Assembly (NCBI GenBank): GCA_022605425.2
Contig: JAKIMF020000004.1
Location: 1-64,000 of the forward strand
Length of the DNA: 64,000 nt
Origin: Hamiltosporidium tvaerminnensis FI-OER-3-3
Lineage: Eukaryota; Fungi; Microsporidia
Direction: 5' to 3'
The notes under the pieces were generated by a model. It was not told where the DNA came from. It ran no database searches and saw only the letters and a program-made list of their open reading frames with translations. This document shows, piece after piece, positions 26,641 to 40,779 of this stretch. Made by a program: the position numbers and the translations under genes. Numbering within the stretch: the first letter of the stretch is position 1; the number at the start of each line of letters is the position of its first letter.

Positions 26641-29600
26641 GTTTTCCTAAATTTATTTCCTTTAAATCCCTTCTTGTCTTATTATCTCTAAAATCAATGA
26701 TAAGCAGATACTTTTTTTAAATAAATAGATTATAAAGTATGGTTGCTTAAAAACACTAAGTCTTCATTTGAAATACTTTGTTACACTTAATTTTAAATAC
26801 AATTCATTTTTGATATTTAAAATATATATGGTAGTATTCTTCATATATATGCTTTACTGAATAGTAATTACTTATATCTTAATTTTAAAATAATAAATTC
26901 TAGCATATTATTTACAGATTTGCTAATATTTATTGAATTAGAAAAAGTATTTTTCTAATAATAATAAAATGTTTGTAAGAGAAGTGGAATTCTCAGTACT
27001 GCTGTTTTGTACATTATAATTATTAAAATAAATTCAATTGCGTTAATTATATCTAATTCTTTATTTTATTTTTTCTATTACATTTTCATTTTATTTTAAA
27101 TCACTTATATGTAATTTTAATTTTATTCGGTTTTTAAAGCTAAGAATTTATTATAAAAAATCATTTAAAGAGTTGTTAATATCAATCAACAATAAATAAA
27201 AAGAAAAGTGAAGATTTTATAATTCAAGTTCGTAAATTTGATTTTTTTATTTATAAAACAGAAAAAAAATAAAAATTTGAAAAAAAAATAATTAAAAGCT
27301 TTTTTATTGTAATATGATGCAATTCTTTATTTAATAAGTTGTAATAATTGTTTAAGTTCATATAAGTAAGTATTGTCTAATTATTCAGCATTTTAACAAA
27401 TTAAGAGATTATTCAGGATAGTGTATATCAAAAAATTATATAAATCAGATCTCTAAATCAAATAAAGAGATTAAGTCCAATACTAACGATCAATAATAAT
27501 TTTTAAAATGAAATTTGTTAAAGGCTGAATGACATACAAAAAAATTATTTCTTCAATTTTCTTTAGTATATATTAGTGATAAGGCTTTTATTAACAATGA
27601 AAAATTTAAATTCATTAAAAAGCAACTCATTGTTAATTTGAATAAATAAAATGTCGATTGAAAAATTTAAAAAAAAATAACGGATTTAAAAATATATAAG
27701 AAATATCAAGGTTGAGGCATAAATAAAACCAAATTGATTAATAAATTAATATATTTTAAAAAAACTTTTAAGTATTTTCACTCAGTTTTTTTCTTTTAGT
27801 ATGAAAATGCTGCTTAATTATCCTAAAATTATTTGAATTATTTGAATATTTTATGAGCAATTTTAATTCGGAAATATAATTTCTAAATACTTTTTTTGAC
27901 TTTTTATAAGAAAGAAAGGTAGTTTTATATATTTTAAAATACGTTTTAATATAATTTTAAATGTTTTATATTCTATTTATATTTATATATTCATTAGTAG
28001 GTTGAAATTCCTGTAAAAGGTTATAATAATACATTCTTCTTCATATAGATCGTTATATACTATCTTGTTGGTTTAAAAATAGAATTAATTGTGATATTTA
28101 TTCTTGAATTCAAATCATAAATAACAAACTAATTTAAATATAAAATTTTATGAAATAAAAGAAGTTTATTAGAATTTATCTTTTTCTCGGGTGATTTAAT
28201 AATTTAAAATTTAATATAGGATTCGTGATAAATACCTCTATATTTACGAGCCTTTTTAATATTGAATAGTAAATTCTTTAGTTAAGAAACTGATTTAATG
28301 TTTTAAAGCTTTTTAATCGTTAATTCTCTTCCCAATAATTTATTTAATATATATCTAAATTTTTTCATTTAAATGAATAAACTTATATTTGTTAACTATC
28401 AAATAAATATTTTACGATACTAAAATTTGTATAACATAATTTAAAGCATTATTTTTAATTTATTTGAAATGGAATATATGTCTCTCTTTATTTTGTTATA
28501 CTCGCAAAATTCAATAATATAAAAAATAAACTGAAACTATTTTTTTAATTATAGACTAAAAAGCTATGCTTTTAGAAGTTATGAAAATTAGTAAACCCAC
28601 CATAAAAATCAATAGTAACTGAAAAAAATAATTAAATTAACAATATTTCTTGTATCTAATCTTGTTTGATCCACAAAAAATTGTATTTCAAATCGTTTTA
28701 GTTAAATTTTATAAACTAGAATTTCCCACAATTTATAAGTGTAAGAACTGCTTTTTATTATAAATTTATGTATCTCAGAACGATATCCGAGCTATATAAG
28801 AAATAAATGTAAGAGTTTATAATTTTTGTAAATTAATTCATATAATAATAGATTATTGGATAACTGAATGATTTATTGTATCACTAAAATCTTTATAATA
28901 ATTCTTGAATTTAAAGATATAATTTATCCGTTTATTCAAAATTTAGATTTTGAGGCAATAAATCTTTTTATTTTGCACAAAAAACTATTCTAAATATATA
29001 CTGTTGAAAAATTAGGTTCAACTTAATTATTTTACTTAAGAATAGATTGTTTCTTAATATTTCATTAGTTGCGTAAATTTATTTACAGTAAATTAATTAT
29101 CATTAAGGAAACTTTATTATCTTGATATATCAAATTTTTAATTTAGAATTTGTTTTTACCAAAGAAAATGTGCATTCAGTCCTTATATTCTATGAAAAAA
29201 GCTTTTTTAAATGAATTCTTAATATAATGAAATTTTTAAACCTGTTTTCAAGTATAATAAAGTTATTTCAAATTTATTTTCTTTACTACGATAAACTCTT
29301 AATTCTTACATAAATCTAGATCAATAAGTTAATTTACTATTTTTGTTTGGTAATTTCTTTTTTGGGATATTTTTACTGATGTTACAACGAATATTTTTTT
29401 TCAGAACCTTGATGCAATTTTTTGATATTTATATGTAAATGTTTGTTCTAATAAGCTTTAAACGTAAATTTATTCATTTAAACTATAATTTATGTTTTAG
29501 ATGATTATAACTCTGAATTCTACTAAAAAAAAGTAATTTTTTTTTATGGCTAAATCCTCTGATAAAAATTTAAGGATAATTAAATCCTAATTTTGCTGAC

Positions 29601-31479
29601 TAATAGTTATCTCAGAAAAATATAAAACTATGCTAATCGAGATAAAATTGTTTTTACACGAAATTTAAATTTATGGAAATTATTTTAAAATAACTCGGAT
29701 TTTATTGTGTCTGAAAATACTATTTGTAAACTATAATAAAATAAATATTTTTTAGAATTAAAAACAATGCTGAATTAAGCTTATATATTAAAGACTGTGT
29801 TAATATTCGTTTTAAATACTGTTATATTGAGAAAAAGGTGAATCGCATTGGGTCCTTGAAATAGTAAGTCAGAAGCTAAAATATTTTTGGTTTTATGCTT
29901 AGATTTCCATTTAAAGTGGAATTCGAAAACTTACAATACGAAAAAAAATAAAATATTTCTTTTTAAATGGCAAAATAGGATTCCTGTATTTAAAATAAAC
30001 ATCATTGTTCTGATACTGTATCAGAAGACTAAAATATGTTTAAAATCTTTTTCAAAATAGTTTAATATTCTAAAATCAATATAAGAATAAGATCTATTAT
30101 AGTTACATATTTTGGTTGCTTTTAATTTACTCTTATTATATTATTCGAAATAATTTTGATTTTATTGTCTCTACTAAAGTAAAATATTTAAATTAATTTA
30201 TATAATTTTATTTACAGTCTAAACCTTTTACGCCGTCATTTTTATAAGATCTCAAGTATAATAGTTAGAAAAAATTAAATTTAGCATTCGAAAATTATTA
30301 TACGCAATAGATCGAATTTGTTTTACATTTTAACCTGCTATTATTTGATCAGGTCGAAATGAAAAATATTATTAAAAATATGACTGAGAACCATATTATA
30401 AATTTTCTTGATATGTTTTTAGCATATTTCATTTTAGATCAACATAGTAATTTATTATCGTGTTAGAAATAATATATAAAATTGGCTTTCTATCATTTTT
30501 TTACTTTAGAAAATGTGTGCTACATTCTATGTTCTGGTTATATAGATTTTTGTATAATACATTGATATTAAGTGTTAATTCACTCCTGGTTTTTATGAAA
30601 TCAATATTGAATATAGGTATTAAATTCACGAGTGAATTGGAGCTTCGTTATGTATATATAGGCGTTTTGAGCATTTTTTATTTTAAGGGTCTGCGAGGTA
30701 AATGCAACACTAAACCATTGTATTGGAAAGAATATTGAGTTTAACCATTGGGCTTATTTCTTTTACTTTTATTATTTATACTTTTTTTAATGTAAAAGAC
30801 CTATAGATGTTTTTAATAGAGATAATATAAAATAAATGATATCCAAATTAATTATATACTTAGTGATTCGGAAAAATTAAACTAATCAATGGTAATAATA
30901 TTTAACCTCCATAATTTGGAATACACAAACATGAAAGTATACTTCGATTGAAAATAAGCAGAGAAATAGAATTTAAAATACGGATTTAAGGAAACAGATA
31001 GTAATATGAAGAAAACAATAAAAGTTACATTAATTGGCATGGATTATATTTGAAATAAATAAATTAAGTCATTTCACGTTGTTTTATTTTTATATAATTA
31101 TTTTTAGTTCCGTCTACATTTCATACTTTTTTTTTCTTTGTTTTAAATATTGACTTTTCCTATGTGTTTTTTTCTATTTGCGTTGTTTTATTTTGTTACA
31201 TTTTAAATAGCTCTTTAATTCAGTACAAAGAGACTTTTATCCTTGGATAGATAGTTTTCTATTCATATATTTTATTGTTTCATATTATTTCTAATTAACT
31301 AGAATCGTTATAACTTAGATATTTTTGCAGTATATTTTCTAATCATTTATTCTTTTTCTATATTCTTTAAGAAATATTTTAAAGTTTATTAAGAAGAGTC
31401 AATAAAATAATCAAGTAATATTAGAAGTACATAAAAGCATTCTAAATGTTCTTTATGCTATCTTATTCCAAAGTTTAGA

Positions 31480-34400
31480 ATTAAAATCATTCATATTTTA
31501 TGTAAATTTTTTAACTAATTTTTTTTCTTTCATACAATAATTTTTTTATATAGTGTATTAAGAAATTTAAAATTTCGAAAATCGAATTCGAAAAAATATA
31601 TGAATTATTATTTGAAAATATATAGAAAGGATATAAAAGATCTTGTATTAGTCTGTGGATTTCGTAAATATTAAAAAATATCTTTGTTTTGTTGATTTTT
31701 GTTACCTATTTTTTTCGATTTGTTTATGTATATTTGTATTGAAGGCTTTAAAACTAAGAAAAAGTTAAGCTTATAAGAAATAGAATTTAATACTTAAAAA
31801 ATCACCAGAATAGTACATAAATGTTTATAATAATATAATTGGTGATGTCAATATTTTATTTAGCCATGTTTCCGGTATATTTTTTTTATTTTATGTTTTC
31901 GGTTTTTTTATATAGTTTAGTATATAGGTATAGACAATCCAAAATTATTTTATAATGATTTTAAAATATATAAGTTTTAGTAGATAAAAATCAATATAAA
32001 TCTCTTGGACGGATAATATAATTTCTTTTTATAGGCTAGATTAAAATTTTAATATGTTTTGGATTTTTTTTTAACCTATTTGTTTTAAATTTTGTTTTAT
32101 ATATTAAATATAGTGTATGAAACGCTTTGGAAAAATGTAAAAAATAATTCAAACATAGTTAGATCCTAAGGTTGTAAATATATTATAATAGAATAGATAT
32201 GTGTAAATAAATATTATATTTTTTTATATAGTATATCTTTATATTTTATGCAATTTTTTTTCTATTTAACTTTTTTAGATTTTGGTCGATCATTTATGTA
32301 TAGTCGAATGGAAGTTATAAAATTATCATAAAATCGAGCTATAAAAATATAAGATTACATATTTAGAAATTATTGTAAATAGACTGAATGGTCTTATAAT
32401 AATTAAAAATAAGTTTACTATTTAATTTGGTCATTTTTATTATAAATTTTGTCATTTAATTTTTTCACTGTATTTTTTTGAAATCTTTTGTTCATAGTGT
32501 ATGAAACGGATGAAAATCGGAAACAAATTGGTTCAAAAATATATAATTTAATAAATCAAAATCCCATATCTAAACGCTTTAAATTATCTAAATTGTGAAA
32601 ATTAATTTCTTTAAAATAAATTTCATAATGTTTAGTGTTATTTTTACTACATAATTTTTTCGATTTTATTCAAAGCTAGTGTCCGCCTTGAGTCGAATTG
32701 ACAATTCAAAAATTTTAAAAAAAATAAATTTAGAAAAATATATGTTTTATTGAATTAGAATTGCATAAAGCACTTCGGATATTAGGTAAATAATTTAATT
32801 TTGTAGTTTTAAATAAAATTTTGATTATCTTCGATGTCATTTTTTCCTACCTAATTTTTTGAATTTTGTTTAATATATTTTATATATAGTATATGAAACA
32901 CTTTAGAAATCTTGAAGAACTTGGACTCGAAAGATATAAGATCTAATGCTTTAAAATTGTTATAAATACATCAGATAGGTTTTTAACAATATTTCATGCC
33001 TTTTTTATAATTAAATATAGCTATGTTTTATCAAGTTTTTATTACCTAATTTTTTACGATTTTATTCGATATATTTGCTGTATACAGTTATGAAGCAATA
33101 AAAAAATTTTAAAAAATACATTCGATTAATTACTTAAGAATTTATTAAAATACTTCGAATCTGTTATTAATAATGAAATAAGATTGTTTATAATCGAATT
33201 TATTCATGATTACACGGATTTTTATTACCTAATTTTTTTTAAAATTTTTCGTTTTTTTTCTATATCAGTATTAAACACTCGGAAAATTAATAAAAAAATA
33301 AATGAAATATATAATATTAAATGGTTAATAATCACCTAGAATAGCTTAAACTGTATTAAAATAACTTAAAAAGATTCTTTAAATGAAATTATGTGTTTTT
33401 TAATGTAATTTTTTTAACTATTTTTTAGTAATTTTTTTCGATATAATTTCTATATAGTCGTATTGACGATTCGAGATGATGAAAATATCAAGAAAAAAAA
33501 GAAAATCTTAAAAGATAAAAATTCTCTAAAAATTATACAGAACTTCTTATAATAATCTAATATAATTATATTTTACAAAAGATTCAGGAATGTTTCTGAG
33601 TAATTCCATTTTCCAAATTTTCATATTTTTTTTCGATAATATTTTCTATATACTGTATGAAACGATTTTAAATTAGAAAAAAAAATTCAGAAAAAAACAT
33701 TAGTTATAATCTCAAAGAACACATATAATAAATGTTCTTAGGATATCATTAATGTTATGTTTATGTTAAATTTTCTGAGATTCTAAGCAATTTTTTTTTA
33801 CTGAATTTTTTAAAGTCATTTGTTATATTTATATATACTATATTCAATTATTCGAAAGTTATCACAAATTCAAAATATAAAAAAAATTATGTTTTTTTGA
33901 ATAAGAATTATTCGAAATACTACCAGGTAGATTCTTAACCTAATATATTTATTCTTAAATTTGTATTTGATTTACCTATATTTTTTTAATTTTGTTAGAT
34001 TAATTTCAATATAGTTGTATAAACCATTGCAAGATTCTAGAAATAAACCAAAAAAATATATGATTTATTACCTAAAGAATGTTAAAACATTCCATATAGA
34101 TTTGAAAGTTCCGAATGAGATAATAAAAAATTTGGTCAATTTATTATTTTTTTTGATTTACTTAATCAGTTTTCGTACAGTCGTATATACGATTTAAAAA
34201 ATATAAATAAGCTGTTCTTAAAAAATATACGCTTCAGTGCATAGGAATCTATAAAAATACATCAAGTGTGATTTTACACATTTTATTTTTATGTTTACTA
34301 TAAAATATAGCAGTTTTTCTTATGAATTTTTATTACCTATTTTTGCACTGTTGCTTAGTATATCTTTTATATGTGTATGAAGGAAATTTAAGAATTAGGA

Positions 34401-35880
34401 AACAATCGAGTTGCCCAAATAAACCTTAAAATAATTATAACGCTCCAAATATTTTAAAAAATACGTCTATATACTTAGATTATGCTTTATGATAATATTA
34501 AGTCATTTTGTGTCTTTGTTTCAATTTTCAATTTTTTTTGAATTTTGTAGGCATACATAACTATAAATATGTCGCGTTTGAAAATTGAAAAAACATCAAC
34601 GAAAAAATACATATTCAATGCACAAATTTTAATTAATTTATAGAGGAGTCTTACAGTACTCTAAAAGCTTACTTCTGAGTAAACTCCGAAATTCTGAAAG
34701 TAAATTTCTAAATTAATTTTTTCGAATTTGTCAAACTACATAGTATATTGTGAATGAAGCAATTTAAAAAAAGGTGAAAATCTTCTCGAAAAAAATATAA
34801 GAATTATATTACGAAAATATCGCAACTATCAAATTCTGTATAGTGAAACAGAATATTTTTCTTTAATTTAAATTTATAGTATATCTTTCTATTAAATTCG
34901 AATGAATTGATTTTTTCGTTTTGTTTTATGTATAGTCGTTAGAATGATATGAAAAATGGAAAAAAATATAATTAAAAAAATAGATGTTGATTGAATAAAA
35001 ATTCGTATAGATTCATTGGATGTTTAGTAAATAATTTTATTTAAGTTTGGAATAAATTTAGTCTTTTTTATTAGCTTTTTCTATTGCTTGATTTTTTCTA
35101 TTTTGTTTAATAGAGTTACATGTATAAGAATTGAAGATTTTAAAATTTATGCAATACAGTGTAAAAAAGAAATACTATTTAATACTCAGAAATCGATACA
35201 AATTTTATTAATATGCTTATAAAAATATGACTGTTTATTATGTATAAAATTTGGTATTGTATATGCAAATCTTCATTACAATTTTTTTTTTGATTTTTTG
35301 AGTGATATATTTGTATATAGTATATGAAACAAATCGAGAATTATCGAAAAATATCGATGACAAAATAAAATTTTTAAATAGTCAAAAAACAGCATTAATA
35401 CAAGAAATTATCTAATAAGGAAACAATATTGGGGTTGTTAATAAAAATTTTCTCGTTTTTAAGAACATTATTTCATAAATATTTTTTTTTTCATTCTGTA
35501 CATCCTATCTCGTATATAGTGTGTAGGCTATTCCAAAATTTTTGAAATATATTACAAGATATATGTTTTAATACCGAAAATTACTTTAAATATAATAAAT
35601 AATTGTTTGGTAATTAGATATTGTAAGTATAAAAAAATTTCTATGTGCATTTTGTAAATTTCTGTACTCCAAAATTATCGAATTTGTTCGATTTAGGTAC
35701 TTATAGTCGTATTGAAGATTCTAAAATATGAAAAGCAAATCTAAAAACAAGTAAGATTATATACATGAAAAATAACCAGAAATCTTTATAATTATCAAAT
35801 GTGGTTTCTTTTAATTAAATCTGCCATTTTTGCTTTAAATTTTTATACTTGTTTATTTTTTAAATTTTATTTAGATTCGT
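31480..35880. repeat. Divergent ~190-bp tandem satellite, array 2 (about 23 monomers), same family and orientation as array 1
   Basis: Cores at about 31550, 31925, 32112, 32300, 32495, 32690, 32888, 33085, 33265, 33455, 33650 and onward to 35318, 35515, 35702. Mean spacing about 189 bp. Confidence 0.85.
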
Positions 35881-36279
35881 TTTCTTTTTAAGTTTTTTTA
35901 ACTGGAATATTTTATGTTTATGTAATTATTTTTCTTCTTTTACTACATTTAAAATTTCTTGTTGTATATACTCTTTTTACTTAAATTCATTTTGCTTAAC
36001 CTTAATCTACTTTTTAAATGTGGTTACATTTTTTTAGATCATTCTTTTGTTATTCATTTTCTAAGTTAAATGGTCACTTATGTAAGCAGTTTTCTACAAA
36101 TAAAACAGTTCTGGCTATTATAATGTTTAAGCTCTTTAAACAAAGTACTATTTTTTATTTAATAAAGTATTATGTTATTCATTTTTATGGAATTTTTGTA
36201 AATTTAATGTCAATTTTATATTCATTATTCTAAAAATTCGTTTAATCACATCAATATGTTACATTTGAATATATACTTA

Positions 36280-39200
36280 AGATTTATCTCTTCTTATATG
36301 ATATTAAGGGTTTAAGTCTAATAAGCTTATAAAATTTAACATAATTGGAAGTTTTTAAGTGTAAGGTATTGGATGTTTTTTTATCGTTATTTGGAATATT
36401 TGGACTATTAAAACCTTAAATCAATATCTAAAAATATGATTTTTTATTCTTGGTCATAATACGCTGTGTTTAACTTTAATATGGCCATATTAAATTTTAT
36501 GAAATCGTTTGGAAAAGCTCTCAGTATATTGTTAGAAACATTGATCATATATGGTATTTATAGATAACTTCCGATTTCTATATAACTTCATATTATTTAC
36601 CTTTTATAAAATTGATTGAAATGCCAGGTATCTATTATAAATGTATTGTTTATGTTTCTTAAAAAAAATATAAATCTATTTGAAAGAAAGATGTATATGT
36701 GAAAGATACTTTAATATCATGTATAAAACTTTTAATCGAATTAATGAGAAAATTAATACTATAAACTTTGTGAAATGGATTGAATATTATAGATTTATAA
36801 AGAGATTAATTTATTATGTGTAATACAATCTATGGGTGGTAGATTTTAATATTTCATTCATCTCAATATATCATATAAATATATATTTCGTTTTATAATA
36901 TATAGACAGAGTGAACCAACTTAAATTTTTATATTCATAAATGTATTAATTTTTTTTTAATTTTGTAAACTCTTTTTATTAGAATTATATACTATCTTAC
37001 TGCAAAGTGCTAAAGAATTAACTTTAAATAAATAGGATAGTATACTAAAATGTCTTGAAATAATAACTTTATTTTATTTATATTACTTTTATTTTAAAAC
37101 TACATTTGTCTGAATGATTTTACATTAATTATTCGCACATTTGAATGCTTTTGAATTGTCTACCTAGTTTAAAGGCGATTTCTAGAACTATGTTTTAAAT
37201 GGTTCGGATATCTGATATTTGGCTTTTTTTGATCTTTAACTTTCACTGTAGCAATACGGATTCACACAAAAAAACAATTCAACTAAAAAATAATTTTAAT
37301 AATATTTTAATCTGTATAAAGATAGAATGAATGATCAATATAGTTCAGTATAAACTTAATTTTATACCACATATTTTAATATATATATTTTTTATAGCTT
37401 TACAGCTACGAACAACTCTTTACATAATAAAGAAATACTTATATTAATGAAATCATAAGATATAAATAACATTTTTATATCTAGATATATTTATAAGAGG
37501 ATATTAAATGAGAAGATTGAAAAAACATATTGTTTTTACTCAATAAGTCGTGTATTATAATTTAACAAATAAAATTTCGATGATCTTGTTTGTTCGATTT
37601 ATAGCTAATTATATCGAAATTATTATTTTTCGAATTAAAACGTAAAAATAGAGACACTTTGGTATTAAAAATCACTAAACTATAAATGAGCTTCAGTTCT
37701 AAATGTTGTGGCTTCTTTTACAAGTAAATTAGTACTTTTTAATATTGAAACTTCTGATTCTTCCTTATTTGAATAAAGATTTAACCTAATATAGAAAATA
37801 GAACTTATGCCAACCCCCTAAAATATTTTTAATTGAATATTCGCACCTGTAATATAATATCTCAAACTATCCAAGCTGATTCGGATTATGATGGCATATC
37901 TAAGGTTTTCAGATATGTTACCATTGTTTAAAGGGCATTCTCAAAGAACTAATCTGATCTTGTTTGAAGTCAAATTAACTAAATTATAAAATGAATTTAC
38001 TCATAATATATTGGCAGATATTTCCCAGTATCATTTATTGTAATTTTAATAACCCAAAGGCAAATAACGCAATTATGAGGCGCATTTGCCTATTTAAAAG
38101 ATTCGAGGTAAAGTTGTATATTATAAAGAAAAAGATAAATTAATATAATTGAATTTATAAGTTAACCATTCAAACATTTATAGATTTTATTTACTCTACA
38201 TCACAAAACACTACTCTTGTATTTTGCTCTAAATATTTCTTTTAATAGTTAAAAAAATTCATTTGTCCTTTACGATATATGAGTGAAGCGTAGTCTCTAT
38301 GATTGAATTGTTTTCTTCTTGATTAAATGTGTTCTTCCTATTATAAAATCCTAAATCAATGTTTTGAGCTATTAACGCTTAAGTAAGCTGTTTGGACTCA
38401 ATACAAATTTTGAACTATATATTATCTTATATTATTGTTGGGTTTGTGTTAGAAGATTAAACATATTTTATAGTTTGTAAAAATTAAAAGGTAATGCTGT
38501 TTTGAACAAATATTTTTTAATATATATTCTTCTCTCAATATTTTTTGTGTTTAAGGAAATCACACTCCTAAATCTATATGCTTCTATTGTTTGAAATACT
38601 ATGCATTTCATATTTAATTGAAAGGTATCAAATAATAATTTGGAAATTTTCTCATATACACAATTTACAATGAAGAATAAAAAATTTACGTGGATACATA
38701 TTCGCTTATACAAAGCTTTTCTGGTTTAAGTGCTTTTGTTTAAAATAAAACTTTGGTCAAATGATATGCAGCTTAACAAATAAAGATTTTTATGTTTTTT
38801 TTATATTATTATTACTAATTTGGAAGATTCCATGTAGCAATTATTTTAAATATATCTCCATACGTATTAAACAATAGATTTTTTTAGATAATACATGGTT
38901 TGAAATTAATTTATTTTACAGCTATTTTTGTAATATATTTTTATTTAAATTTAGGCAATGTAAAAATTCAGATATGAAATATTTATGAAGAAAATTATAT
39001 ATGTAGGGATATACTTATAGAATATCTTAGTATGATTTAAAAGAAGCCAAGAACATTATTTAAATAAGTATTGTTATACTTAAAATGGTTTAGAAGGGTA
39101 ATCAGTGGATGGTTTAATTTACAATTGTGACTTGAGCTAACTCATACTGTAATTAGATAGATTGCTTTGGAAAAATATCTATCAAGATACTGAAAGAATT

Positions 39201-40620
39201 AAATGAAATTTGATTCTAAGTGACATTGATTGAAAAAAAATTATAAAGTATAAAAAGGCGAAGATTTTTCATTTTGTAGCATCTTCTACGGATCTGCTTC
39301 AAGAATACGTTTTATATATCTGCAGCTCTATAGGAAAAGTTCTTCATCTTTTAAAGTACAAGAGGTATGACTGTACTGAAGTGGAAGCCAAATATAAAAA
39401 ATGCCACCGTTCACAGATATCAATTCTCTGTAATTTTTGCAGCTAAATTTGCTGCATCTGTATATATTTTAATTAGCTGAATTATAGAAAGACTTATGCA
39501 AATTTATTTACGTAATTCTATACTTGCCTCAATATAGATGCCTTGAACAACAATCGTTCTTTTTAAAAAATCGAAGAATTCGAAATGCATGATTTTAAAT
39601 CCTTGTAATGCTTTTAGATAATCTTAACTGCAACATCAATTGTATTTACAGGAACTTTAAGTTAATGAGCCAATACTGAGACAAATTGCCTATTAAGATA
39701 GAAATTTTGTTTGAAAATTTATACCCTATACAATAAGAAATTGCCTGAATTCCGTTTTAAAAAAATTAGTAAATCTTATACGAAAAACCTAAATTTATTA
39801 TTTTAATATCTTACAATTTTGATTGTATGCTTTTAAGTGCTTTAATTCGATCACAAGTTAAAAACAATATGTTTTTTATAATATTTTGCAATTTGAGATT
39901 CTATATATTTACATTTCTATTTTAAGTAAATGTGCTCTTTTATTTTTCTAAGATTTTAAATACTTTGTTGCTAGCTATGTTACAGAACTTATACAAGGAT
40001 ATTGAAATGTTAATCCAACCCTATATTTCTTTAATATTTTTTTTAAACCAACTTTCTAGTATTTAACTGCTACAGGTTAGGTAAATATTATTTTCTTTAC
40101 TATATTTCTAAAGTATTTCCCTGACTTAGGTTAGTGAAAGCAAAATATTTCAATTGGAATGGTATTAAGGGCTATATACATTTTCCAAATATATACTTTT
40201 TTATTTTAAATTTTAACTTGAATATAGGTGATTTGCATTAAGCCTTCATTTTTTTCCAAGTAAATTACAAGTCTTTATTTTTTGGCTCGAGCATAGAAAA
40301 TTTTAGTTTTTCTTTTAGTACGAATATACAATAAGTAGAAATAGAACGAATATATGCCTAAATCTCTATTGAAATCGCTTTTTTTAAGGTTTTTTATGAT
40401 TTTCGTACTTTTATCCAAGTAAGTAAAATATCCAGACATTGTTTTTACATTAAAAACCCTTATGAATAAAATAGCGACAATGCTTTTGAATATAAAAATA
40501 AAAGAGCTTCGAAATGCAAAGCTTTTAGCATTTTTAATTAAAATAAATTTTTAACAATAAATAAACAAGTATTGAGTTTATTCATCTAAAATTTTAAAAA
40601 GGTAAACTCCTAATATTAAA
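36280..40620 (-). pseudogene. Decayed paralogous unit A2
   Basis: Colinear with A1. Shared motif at about 36320. An indel near 40550 breaks the frame equivalent to the 105-aa ORF of A1. Confidence 0.5.
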
Positions 40621-40779
40621 TAATTTTTTACGTGTAATAATTTGAATTTAGCAGAATCTTAATTTTTTCCTGATAAAACTACTCTTGGAACTTTGCAACC
40701 TAAAATATTTATGTTTTAAATAAGAATCCTCAAACGAAAATTAAAAAGCAGCTGAATATTAATATAGAAAATTTTTATT

